Both the position numbers and the translations under genes were made by a program. A DNA stretch of 63,487 nucleotides, the filler included, from Craspedostauros australis (lineage: Eukaryota): NCBI GenBank assembly GCA_030167865.1. It is 13 parts of 13 records of this genome, joined end to end, with 100 filler letters (N's around TTAATTAATTAA, not from the genome) between each part and the next. Parts side by side here need not be neighbours in the genome. Positions count along the whole stretch, not along the records: positions 1 to 13,203 come from JALAGF010001266.1; positions 13,304 to 15,061 come from JALAGF010001268.1; positions 15,162 to 19,140 come from JALAGF010001269.1; positions 19,241 to 22,594 come from JALAGF010001271.1; 9 more parts are not named here. One strand, given 5' to 3'. The stretch's first letter is position 1; each line of letters starts with the position of its first letter. The notes beneath the pieces were generated by a model that did not search any database, was not told the origin of the DNA, and worked only from the letters and a program-made list of their open reading frames with translations. This document shows positions 11,077 through 21,616 of the stretch, in pieces.

Positions 11077-12933
11077 ATGTCGACAATCGGGCATGACAAT
11101 TGCAAAGGATATGGGAACGACAGCGCGAGCCACGATAACGGTGTGCGAGCGGGCATGAAGCGAAGCAGTCCGGATGATGTGAACATCGATCCCAACAACG
11201 CACTCTCAGTACTTGCTTATCAGCAGCAGATCCCGGCATTGGCGCCTGTGTCATCGACAACGTCTGATGTGCGATCTATTCCTGTTACTCACCACAATAT
11301 CAAGAACAACATCAAGAACAACATCAACAACAACATCAACAATATAGCAATAGAATATCAAGAAGCTCGCTTGACCGAGCACGCAGTGAAGACGGCGCCA
11401 AGTGCCGGAATCGGCAACGCATCCGCGGCTCCGGTTTCGAGCCATTCATCTTCTGCATCATCCTCGTCGTCATCTCCATCACCCTTGTTGCCATCGATAT
11501 CGCAGTGCGCCCAATCCATACCAATTTCTCCCGCGATGACATCATCGACATCAAACCCTCCACCATCGCTTCCTCCCCCCAATCAAATGTCGCAAAACGC
11601 TATGCCATCGGCGATGACTTCAGCACCACATGCACCATGGCAAGCCAAGCTACCTTTCACCATACGCTACACCGGCATGTCCTACACAACATCCTCAGCG
11701 GTATCGTCCACATCGAACAGCACCATGAACAACGGAGATGAAGACGGAGGACCCGGTCCCGACACGCCGTGCGATGACCTATTCACCTTTCTCAACCCCA
11801 TCTACAGAAACTTCAAGATCTACTTCTCATCGCAGTACAGCAGCGCGGCAGGCTTCGATAAGAATGGTGATTGGCCCAAGTTGATGGCCGCCTTACGACA
11901 CGCGACGATGAACACGTGTGGTTTCAATCTCATCAGCGACGGCCATCGACAAACGAGACAGGAGAGCCGGCTGCTGCGATGCTCGCAATCCCGCAAACAT
12001 GGAGGCTCGAGGAAGCAGAATGGTCGAACCAAGCAAAGGCCTCCAACGCAAATGGCGGCTACGAAAGATTCGAATTCTGAATCGCAGACAGCGCAACAGC
12101 CCGGCAGCAATGCGATGGCAACCACCAACAGCAACCTCGACATCCTCGCGGAGACGGTCGCGTTGTCTCCCAGGCTGCGGACGAGCGGGTCATCACCCCA
12201 ACGACGCAGCGAACCCAATGCCACGTTTGCATCCAACGGCAGGGGTGCTCCAGCTACACATCGCCCAGCCGCCACATCGCTCACTCCATCCACGAGGAGA
12301 AGCAAATCCAAGGCGAGCAATATCAATGGGACCTGCAAGTTCAAGCTGACTGTCCGATGCGACCAGCATGGCTTCTTCTTGGTGTGCGGCACTGGTTGTG
12401 CCATCCATTCCAACCACCCTCCTGACCCCTTCCACAACGCAGCCGCCGCCGCGCAATCAAGCTCGCTGTTGCAACCAGGATCAACAATCGCTACTTGTGC
12501 ACCAGTTTCGCTATCACCACAACCTTGCCTAACGAAAACATCACGAGACCACCACGTCAACAAACGGAGGAAGCACAAGCAGCAGGCTGCAGCCACAGTC
12601 GGTGACTCGTCTGTGGCGACATCTCGTGGTATCATCACGAATGAGCCGTTGGAACGACTCTCAAGAGCCCTGGATGTGGATCAGGCATCACAGCAACACG
12701 CAACATCGCAAACAACGACAGGAACATCGTCAACAGCTCTCCCACTACCATCACAGACAACAGCATCAGCCGACAACACGGCCGCTGCCTATGCCGTCCT
12801 GGACGAATACCGCAATGCAGTGCGCGACCACAGCTCCAGCAACAATCATGCAGGTAACGAACACGTCGATCGTTTGATCCAATTCATGAAGGATGAGCTT
12901 TCTAGGGTACGGGGAACGCAACCGCGACCCTAA
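11077..12933 (+). CDS. Low-complexity protein with a FAR1/WRKY-GCM1-like C-C-H-H Zn-binding module
   Basis: Uninterrupted ORF from ATG 11077, rich in Ser/Asn/Gln. Folded segments RLLRCSQSRKH and CKFKLTVRCDQHGFFLVCGTGCAIHSNH; basic NLS-like KRRKHK. Confidence 0.6.
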   Translation: MSTIGHDNCKGYGNDSASHDNGVRAGMKRSSPDDVNIDPNNALSVLAYQQQIPALAPVSSTTSDVRSIPVTHHNIKNNIKNNINNNINNIAIEYQEARLTEHAVKTAPSAGIGNASAAPVSSHSSSASSSSSSPSPLLPSISQCAQSIPISPAMTSSTSNPPPSLPPPNQMSQNAMPSAMTSAPHAPWQAKLPFTIRYTGMSYTTSSAVSSTSNSTMNNGDEDGGPGPDTPCDDLFTFLNPIYRNFKIYFSSQYSSAAGFDKNGDWPKLMAALRHATMNTCGFNLISDGHRQTRQESRLLRCSQSRKHGGSRKQNGRTKQRPPTQMAATKDSNSESQTAQQPGSNAMATTNSNLDILAETVALSPRLRTSGSSPQRRSEPNATFASNGRGAPATHRPAATSLTPSTRRSKSKASNINGTCKFKLTVRCDQHGFFLVCGTGCAIHSNHPPDPFHNAAAAAQSSSLLQPGSTIATCAPVSLSPQPCLTKTSRDHHVNKRRKHKQQAAATVGDSSVATSRGIITNEPLERLSRALDVDQASQQHATSQTTTGTSSTALPLPSQTTASADNTAAAYAVLDEYRNAVRDHSSSNNHAGNEHVDRLIQFMKDELSRVRGTQPRP

Positions 12934-12995
12934 ATCAGCGAAATCTCTCTCAAGAGAGTAACGGTGATCTGTTTGGCAGATATAGAACGTACCAC

Positions 12996-13203
12996 TAATA
13001 ATAATAATAATAACGCACTGATTATCCCCTCATCAGAGGGTCGCCTCGAAAGCTTTAACGTCGCCGGCTTACAGCGAACCCAAACGGGCCGACTGCGCTC
13101 GAACGACCTACCTAGGGCTCTCACTCCTGGGTCTACCGCTGGTTGCCACTCCACCGGGCCATAAAACATACCGCACTGGGCATCCGGAATCCTCCGCTAT
13201 GCT
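12996..13203 (-). mobile_element. Possible 3' end of a SINE/LINE with a (TTA)6 tail
   Basis: GC-rich segment ending on the minus strand in hairpin CCCTC-TGAT-GAGGG, followed by (TTA)6; located at a contig end. Confidence 0.35.
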
Positions 13204-13303
13204 NNNNNNNNNNNNNNNNNNNNNNNNNNNNNNNNNNNNNNNNNNNNTTAATTAATTAANNNNNNNNNNNNNNNNNNNNNNNNNNNNNNNNNNNNNNNNN
13301 NNN
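13204..13303. other. Artificial contig linker N44-TTAATTAATTAA-N44 (first of 12; others start at 15062, 19141, 22595, 27733, 38610, 41903, 45597, 46706, 55060, 56242, 61962)
   Basis: Identical 100-nt spacer with stops in all six frames, repeated 12 times. Confidence 0.98.
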
Positions 13304-15061
13304 GGCGTGGGCATTGTCGCAGATCCTCGTCATCACTCCCGACGGTGCTGATGCAGACCTCTCCACCGAACCATTCCTGGTTTACTATGATACCTTCGTA
13401 AGTACAATACATTCCATGGTGGGGTTCCATGTTGTCTGCGTGGATCTATTCACGATCACGCAGCACATCTGTCTCGACTTTGATTCCTCTACTGATGCTC
13501 ACGGTGATGCTATCATTGGTCACGGTGATGCTATCATTGGTGTCGATGATGAAACAATCCTTCATTCAACCCACCCATGTATCAAACTCTGTTCTCATTT
13601 CAACGTCTCTCTCTCTATCGGTGCTATCTCTCTCCACTTTCACACCAACCCACAACACGCAACAGGTCCGTCATGCATTTGGGAACTACCGTGACGTGCT
13701 CAAGGAAGTCTCGTACAACCCCTTGATGGCCAACATGCTCACATACTACAGCAGTCAATCAACTGCATTCGTGTATCAGCGCGACGGAGTGGTGGAGTAC
13801 GCCGATGAAAACTTCGCCCGTGAGGTGATGCAGCTCTTCACGACCGGCTTGTTCCAACTCAACATGGACGGCACAAAGATCCTGGACGAAGCTGGCAGCC
13901 CCAAGCGCGTGTACACGAATGAGGACATCGGTGAGTGAGGAGATGATTTCACCGGGAAACGCCATGATGTGGATACTGGCACCGGTAGCGATGGTGTGCT
14001 CTGCGCTGCTCTGCTCGTGGACGTCCTGATTTGCTCTTGCCGACCCATCGACTCACTTTGCCTGTATGGTACTCCATTTACTCTCAACCAATGACAACTG
14101 CGCCACGACGCAACCCCATGATGATGAATTGGTTACTGTACGTACTATGATTGCTTCCCTCTCCCTTCTATCCTTCCCTCTCCCTTCTATCCATCCTCCC
14201 TTCCTTTCTTATCCAACAACACGCAGAGGAATATGCAAGGGCGTGGACTGGATTCGAGCAACAGGAAGTCCGCGGAAATGCAGAAAACCTCTGGAGAAAC
14301 TACATCGACCCCATGTACATCCGAGAAGATTGGCGCGATCGCTTCCCCAAGATGGGACTCAACCGCAAGTACGTCGGTGACGGATACCCTCTGTGCGCCG
14401 ACCTCCCGGATGATCACTTCCTCCAGCCAGGTGCGGTCTACCGATTCCTTGGACCCAACCCACACCCAGAGNTGCACTCGGACATCGACGCATGGAAGAC
14501 AGATCCATCGGCGCAACGGTTCAAGCTCGACGCAAGCAACAGCGGACTCTACACAAAGCTGTGCAATCCTCGAGGAGACGGATCCTGTGACTACAAAACC
14601 AAGATCGTGCTGGATAAACCAATTCAATGCTCTGGCAAGGAATGCCGCATCGACACCGTGCGAACCGTGGAGGTATCAGCCGGCATGTACTACGAGTACA
14701 TCCGCAAGCCTTGCGTGCACCAATCGTTTTACGAGAACGCGAAGACCATCATCCGACACTGGGAATGGGGTGAATACATGTGCGCCGATCCCAGGACCGA
14801 GTCTGCGATCGTCGCGTGCTGCAAGACGAACCCAACCAACAACTTCTACGACGACGTGTACTGGGGCGAGCGCACCAAGTTCTCCACAGCATTGGATGCC
14901 TGCGACGAGCAACTGTGCAGTGAATGGCCACGTCCCGATTGCGAAGCTCAGGATGATACTTCGGCAGCATACACGAAGTGCTGGGATCCAAATCACTTCT
15001 GGACATCCGAATCGTGCACTCTCAAGGCGAAGATCAGCGGAGATGGCAAGGTCGGCATCGT
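13304..15061 (+). CDS. Internal fragment of a DUF1800-family protein; exons 13304-13397, 13666-13930, 14227-15061
   Basis: Motifs ALSQILV, YYDTF|VRHAFGNYRDVLKEVSYNPLMANMLTY, ADENFAREVMQLFTTGL and YTNEDI|EEYARAWTGF, joined by in-frame GT-AG introns. Cys-rich downstream region. Both ends truncated by linkers. Confidence 0.8.
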
Positions 15062-15519
15062 NNNNNNNNNNNNNNNNNNNNNNNNNNNNNNNNNNNNNNN
15101 NNNNNTTAATTAATTAANNNNNNNNNNNNNNNNNNNNNNNNNNNNNNNNNNNNNNNNNNNNCAATTTCGTGATGGTCGGAGAGAGAGTTTGTTGTTCACT
15201 CTCTTCCGATCGATTTGGGGGACTTTGTTCATCCAACGGTTTGGTCCGTTTGTCCATCCAGGACAGGTCATGTCACGCCCATAAGTGGCGTGGGATGGCA
15301 TGATCGCCCAAACCCAAATTCAGCGGACATGCGACATCGTCATAAGTAGAGCACGATTCGTGGGGAGAGACCCCNTGGGACCCCATCCCACCGACATCGA
15401 GTCACGCTTCAATCCCGCTCAAACATTCTGAGCAGTCGGGCATTTGACTAACTAGACTAAATCTTAACACGACTAATGGGAATACTAGTTTGAGCTAATA
15501 GAGTTGATCAGTTTGAGAT

Positions 15520-15850
15520 GCAGGATGAAGAAACGATAGTCAGTTTGAGTAGTGCGGCTCTGCACTGACCTTCAGAGGTTCAGTGCCAAGGGCGGATGGG
15601 TCCTCTCTTTCTCTCTTTCTCCAGTATCTCATCGTAGTCGTTCTACGTTCGAGTACAAAGCCTTGACACCTTGATTTAGGTTGAGATCGAGAACACAGGT
15701 TGTCAGGCCAAGGGAATTGATGTAGGATTCCCTGCATGTGTTGAAGCAGGGAAGATATCTTGGCTGTTGTCGTGCAGGGTTGTCAGGTTGTATAGCTGAC
15801 ACCGGAATTCAGGTTGGCTGCATCGCAATAGTTCAGGAGAGCATATAGTT
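15520..15850 (-). repeat. Diverged non-coding repeat, copy 1, with conserved hairpin module (homologous to about 21105-21430)
   Basis: Colinear shared blocks ATATGCTC, ACCTG(A/G)ATTCC, CTGCTTCAAC, GCACTGAACC..GGTCAGTGCAGAGCCG and ATCGTTTCTTCATCCTGC. Confidence 0.65.
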
Positions 15851-16051
15851 CCCAGGGTGCCTTGATCCCATTGACTCGGATAGTATTTGAGTCAGTGGTG
15901 ATTCATGAGTGAGAGTGGGAGAAGGAGGGAAAGGAGTGATTGTTCCGTATTTGTTGGTGGGAGGTTTCGCGCCAGAATTTTGCGCCAAAATAATTTCATG
16001 GTGCGACAAGGAACACACTGAGTAAAAAGTAGTCCGTTCTTTAGATGAACT

Positions 16052-16885
16052 TCAACTGTCATACCACATTGGGAGTGCGAGGATCTTGCGAATGTGCAAC
16101 GTGGTCAATCGGCATGAGTATGGGTCTCCCGTGTTGGGAGTGATGTCGCGATGAAGACCGTTGAGGTCTTCCTTGGTGAGGAAGGTGAGGTCGTCAATGT
16201 TCTCCACCGCTGCGTCGATGATAACGTGGCGATGGTTGGAGTCGTCGGAGATACCCACGGCCTTGAGGACGTGGTTCAGGATGGTGATGGGGTCGGTGGG
16301 TTCTGTCATCTTGTTCGGTTCGTCACGGAGAAGCGGATACGCTGTGCTCGATGTGTTCGTGTGCGCTGCTTTGGATGGCTCTTGTTGTTGTTCTGTTCCT
16401 GCTTCACATCGTCACGTGATGCAGTTGGTTTGTTGCTGATGGGATCAGCTTGGTGGGTTGGAGTTGTTTCACTCAGTCAGGTCAGGACGTAGTGCTTGCG
16501 ACTGTTAATCTGTTATCTCGTTATTGTACACAGCGAAATCACACGGGTCCTTCAAGAGAGATCAAGTCTTTCAGGACGATGGTGATGAGCTGGTGTAGTG
16601 AAGACACTGATTGGGTTGAGTGACTTCTGATTCTATGTTATCTTCATTGAGTTGTATCTTGTGTTGTTGTCTTCAAGGTCAGCTCTCGGTCATTGCACCT
16701 CTGCAATCGTATCCTGATGTGGAGATGACCCATGATGTGGTGATGTTGTCTTCTGTGTCGATGTCACTCATCACCGTTCCATGGCTCTGTCGATTCCACA
16801 TTCCATTGATGATGCTTGAGATCGTCGAGTGTGTTGTCATTTCAGGTTTAGTTGGGAAGTAGATAAATTCGAATTGGACATCACA
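16052..16885 (-). mobile_element. Truncated Copia (CoDi-like) 5' end: putative LTR (~16885-16503) and gag N-terminus (16309-16052)
   Basis: TG...CA-bounded non-coding block, then an ORF (LNHVLKAVG...IDDLTFLTKEDL...KILALPMW) resembling diatom Copia gag starts, which is abruptly interrupted. Confidence 0.45.
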
Positions 16886-16993
16886 TGTTTGCCGGGTGGT
16901 GGCCAGACCAATCTCTGATGCTCCCTAGTGTGTCCCTTATGTTGAAAATCATGTGCCTGAGGAAAGCATCGTTTCAGACCATACCAGGACGGA

Positions 16994-19116
16994 CTAATCA
17001 GAAAACGAATCAGGTGAATAAAGCATTGTGCTAATAGCAGCCTTCTTGCCGCTGCGCTCAGCCTCGTCCATGGCATCCTGTGCCAGCGACTTGACAAGCT
17101 TGAGTTCATCGCGCAGCTTCTCCATCTCGGACCTGTCGACACGCTCAGAGAGCCGGTACATGGACAGCGCCCGAGCAAGGGCAGGATATCCATGGAATTC
17201 GACCTCCAGGAGTGAGTCCATGATGCGATGACAGCGGAGGACGGACCACAGGACCTTGGTCTTGTTGTCGAGGCTCACCATCTCGCCAGCGACCAAGCTG
17301 GAGCCAGATCGGACCAGGTGCAGCTCGTCAAAGACGGAGCAGATGCAACAGCCGACCAAGTTCCAAGCCAAGGCCGCCTGAAAGTTGGATGCCGACACGA
17401 GGTCATGGTAGAAGGTCTGCATGAATGAGGTGAGCCCATGCCAATGGATCTCAGCGCGCCCACTAAGGTAGCGAGCAAGCGCTGCCTGGGTAGGGTTGCC
17501 GCAGGACGGGACCTTTCCGTTGATGCCTTGCAGGTACCCACGGTAGGACAAGGAGACGATGCCACGGTAGGATGACATTCCATTGGCCCACTTGTTCCAG
17601 CTGGGAGCAGCAGCCAAGCCTTCCTCAGGTGGTGAGAGCTCTCCACGACCGTTCTTTGCAAAGAGAGCAACGGGACGGATGTGGCCCATGGATGCGGCAA
17701 GGTCAATCTCAGCAACAGTGGCAGCAATGCGACTGGCAGAGTAGCCCTCATCAGCACAATCCTTGCTACTCTTGTTGGCCTTGGAGTTCATGGACACGAG
17801 CAGGGAGAACATGTCCAAGAACAATCCCACTGACTTGACGTTGTTGGAGTCCATCCAGGCGCGAACGTCCTCAAGCGATGCGAAGGTGTCGCTGTTGGTT
17901 GAGAAGGCATGGTCGGACTGGAGTCAAAGGGCTTGCTCCACGCGACGCTCTGCTTCGTTCAGCCGCTCAGCAAGGTCAGTTCCAACACTGCTGGGCGCGG
18001 AGATGCCTGGGACCGAGTGGGAAGCAAAAATCCTGTCCTCCATGTCGCGCTCGAACGCGCGGAAGCGGTGCTCGACGGCATCATCCACCAAAGTTGAGAT
18101 GGATGCGGCGGAAGCGACGGGAGAAAATGAGATTCCACGAGAAGGAGAGGACCGCTCTGGCAAAAAGGATGGCTTGGACTCCAAGGAATCCAGGCAACCA
18201 ACGGTGGCATTGACTGAGTTGCTATAGTGGCTGAAGAGCTCGTCGAGCGATGAGCGCAGAGTGGGAAGCTGGGTGGCCCACTCACGCGCGAATCTGGCTG
18301 TACCAGAGCGCTCAAAGTCGAGCACCTTCTGGTGGGTCATCTCCACCACAGATCGGATGCCGAGGATTTTCTCACTGAGAGTCTCATCGGCGCTGGCTCC
18401 CTCGCCCATGCGGGCGCTGAGGAGCTGGTCTTGAGTGTTCAGACGCTGCAGGTTGGCCATGACGGCACTGGTGTCGTCCGCAACTGCGTTGCGAACAGCG
18501 CCCTGTCCTTTCTCGATGCCAGCAACAATCTTCTCCAGCTGCTCGAACTTGGAGCGGACCTGTTCCCAGTTCTCAATCAGCATGACAGCGCCAGCGATGG
18601 CAGGGTCAGTGTCGTCTGAGACTCGGTACTCGTCCGGTAGAGGTGCCACGATGTCCAGCTCTTGCAGCTTGATGGAGGAGACCTCGTCTGCGCGTGGGCT
18701 GATGCGAAGAGCGAGGCGGCGAGGGGGTGCCAAGTCCTCAACAGCAGCGAATTCTTCCACGGAGACAGTTGGTATGTCCTCACCAGCCTCAACGCGGAGG
18801 CGAGAGGTGGCGAGGTCGCGAGGTCGCGAAGAAAGGCGTGCCACACTGCTGGGGCCTTGAGCTCGGCCAGCAGGTCTTCCTTGGTCATGGATGCAGGCAA
18901 CCATGATGCGTCGATGGAAGGCGCCAATCGTGCCTGGTCGGCCTTGATGGTCCAAACGTAGAAGCTCCCATCACGCAGAGGAGCCTTGTTCCTGACATGG
19001 CTCTTCGTTGGACAGAGCGAGCGAGTGCAGAAGTGCACAGCGCCCTTCTCCTCTGAGCCCCCAATGATACCACCACAGACAGACCCCACAGATTCAACCC
19101 ACAACAATGACACCAC
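16994..19116 (-). pseudogene. Degenerate gag-like ORF1, probably of a diatom tyrosine-recombinase (DIRS/Ngaro-like) retroelement
   Basis: N-terminal CGGIIG...FC...C..H knuckle, coiled coil, and C-terminal LWSVLRCHRIM..F.GYP. One frameshift (8-bp duplication at 18813-18828) and one in-frame TGA (17926-17924) split it into three ORFs. Confidence 0.5.
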
Positions 19117-19240
19117 CGCATTGCCATCACCAACCCCCCCNNNNNNNNNNNNNNNNNNNNNNNNNNNNNNNNNNNNNNNNNNNNTTAATTAATTAANNNN
19201 NNNNNNNNNNNNNNNNNNNNNNNNNNNNNNNNNNNNNNNN

Positions 19241-19318
19241 ATACCACCGCGATACCACGAGGATACCGCGATACTACGATAGCAGGATACCGCGATACCA
19301 GCGGATACCACAGTATCC
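19241..19318. repeat. Degenerate GATAC(C) motif cluster
   Basis: About 6 copies of GATACC/GATACT within 80 nt at a contig start. Confidence 0.55.
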
Positions 19319-19673
19319 ATCACATGTGACGTCACATCGAAACCTTAACTACCAGGTCTACAGGAATGAAATATGTTGTGAATATTCCATCAGATTCGAT
19401 CAATCATCAGGTTCAACAAAACCTGANNNNNNNNNNNNNNNNNNNNNNNNNNNNNNNNNNNNNNNNNNNNNNNNNNNNNNNNNNNNNNNNNNNNNNNNNN
19501 NNNNNAATGTGCATGGAGGTGCAAGAGGATTGCACCAAGCAATGAGAGCAAGGAAGAGACGGATCAAGAGAGCATCTTGATCATCTCATTCCCCACGCTT
19601 GCTCACCAACAATCAATAGCAACAACAGTAACAGTAACAGTAACAGAAACACTTTGAGAAAGAGTGTTGACTA

Positions 19674-19940
19674 CTACCGATTCTCCGTGCGCGGAGCCTT
19701 CCAACAAACCTTGCGGCTCGTTGCCTCGGCGAGTTCACAATTGGCGGCTTCCTTCATCGCGAGTTCCAATTGCATTTGGGTTGCCTTGCTGGCGACAGGA
19801 GTCTCGATGGTTGGTACCTCATACCCGGTCGTTGTAGTGAACTCGTTGATGGCTGCCCAATCGGTTGCTTGGTCGATTTGCCGTTCTTTCACGCAAGCGA
19901 AGATGCGAAGGATGTTCTCAATGTTGATCGGTCTCGCCAT
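19674..19940 (-). CDS. Small hypothetical protein (88 aa) ending in an H3-tail-like RK...KAPR motif
   Basis: ATG in a good context (CACCATGG), protein-like composition, C-terminus ATSRKVCWKAPR. Confidence 0.4.
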   Translation of the reverse strand: MARPINIENILRIFACVKERQIDQATDWAAINEFTTTTGYEVPTIETPVASKATQMQLELAMKEAANCELAEATSRKVCWKAPRTENR

Positions 19941-21104
19941 GGTGGTTGATGTTATAAAGGTGATATGCTTGTTGGTAAACCACGACTCTTAATCTGTCAA
20001 AGTGCACAAGTAACTACTGGAGACGTATCGGCCCGTTGTTGCATGCCCTGGTCAGAGCTCTTGTTCTTTTATTGTGAGTTGTCCGAGGACAATCTCCAAC
20101 CAGTACTTTGACTCATATGATTTGTAAAGAGGTAAAAAGTACAGAGAAAGCTGTCACCTGCCATCATCACCATTGTTTCTCTCGTCAACACCACTTTCAT
20201 TGCCATCACCATTGCCTTCCGTGACGGAATCATTCGGGTTGCTTTCCCCATCACCATCTTTGTTGCCATCACCACCATCGTCCTTGACAACAGCATTGCT
20301 GTGGCTAGCACCACCACCTTCATTGCCGTGGTGGCGACCATAGCCACTGACAACGCTATCCTGGGCGCCATCACGGCTGTCTATGTCAATGCTGCCCCAA
20401 TCAACACCACCGTCGCTGTCAGCATCATTGTGGCCATCGAATGCAAGACGGATAACGCCATGTCCGTCATGAAATAGGAGCAGAACCTTTGTGTGCTGTC
20501 TGTGGTAGCCGTCGTCAAAACCGGAATGGTTGATGTAGATCTTCATGAACAAGTTGAAAAACGCAGATGATAGTTGAATTGGATAGATCGCCCTGATTAT
20601 TTTTGTCGATGGCATGGATGATACCAATGGAGGGGTTGCTGACAAACAGGATGGCGACGAGGAGCACGTAGCTTGTGACGAACAAGGCAATTCGCATGCA
20701 CAAGAAGCTGCAGGAGAAGCGAGACAACCAAGCGCGGAAACCAGAGAATAGCGCAATGAAATGCCCATCATGAATAGATCAAGATAGTGACGTTGCGATG
20801 GGAAGAAATGCTGACGAGGTGCATATCGCCAAAATATAACCGTAATTAACCGAAAAGACACCATCGAAAATAGTAAGTCACGAACAACCAAGACCCATTT
20901 CCGAAATTTGAGGAGAAAAAATAACACGGCGTTGTGCGTTGTAGATAAGGGCGTATAACTCTTGAAGCAAAGGTCGGATGAAGACCACTTTTATATGGAT
21001 AAGATCGCACGGTGCTCTAGATTTTGTTTTTATATGCCATGTTAAATTTTACGAAAATCTGAGTCACGACTAGGCGCGACTGCACCTTCGTTCACTCAAG
21101 TGGG

Positions 21105-21430
21105 TCATATGCTCCTCAGATCCTATCAGATGATCTTCACCTGGATTCCCTCTTGCTGCCACGACGTCTGCTGACTATGCCAGCCACATCGTGTGCAATC
21201 TAAGCTGCTTCAACCTCAGCAATGGAGTCCTGATGTAAGACCAATCTGCTGGCTCCGGCTGCGCAACCCCATCGCTTCAACATCCGCTGAAGCCACGAGA
21301 CCTGCTGCATGACATCGCCTAAGACTCAGAGGGTAAGGACACAGAGGAAAGTACAGTCTCTTCTCAGCACTGAACCATGAGGGTCAGTGCAGAGCCGTGT
21401 CAATACCAGAACATCGTTTCTTCATCCTGC
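21105..21430 (+). repeat. Diverged non-coding repeat, copy 2, with conserved hairpin module
   Basis: Same blocks in the same order as 15850-15520 on the minus strand. Confidence 0.65.
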
Positions 21431-21616
21431 CTACAACTACTAACTCATACTATACATGTTCGGATTAGTACAACACTACTACTCTATTCATCGTTACAGC
21501 TTTAACAGTCAAACAGCGTTCAAGCCCAGTGAACTGCATCAATCGGCCTCATCTGAAGCCGGCAGTCCACAAGGCCTACTCCGGTTCGTCTACAAACGTG
21601 GCCGAATTCCAACTAT

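Noticed and set aside
13020..13045. CTGATGAG on the minus strand as a hammerhead ribozyme core
   Set aside because: No correctly placed GAAA or stems; the word sits inside a simple hairpin.
15110..15301. 63-aa ORF downstream of the hairpin repeat
   Set aside because: No recognisable motif and no counterpart next to the second repeat copy; probably LTR-like non-coding DNA.
21391..21420. GAGCCG...CGTTTC resembling group II intron domain V
   Set aside because: Pairing is imperfect, there is no GNRA loop, and the second copy cannot form the helix.
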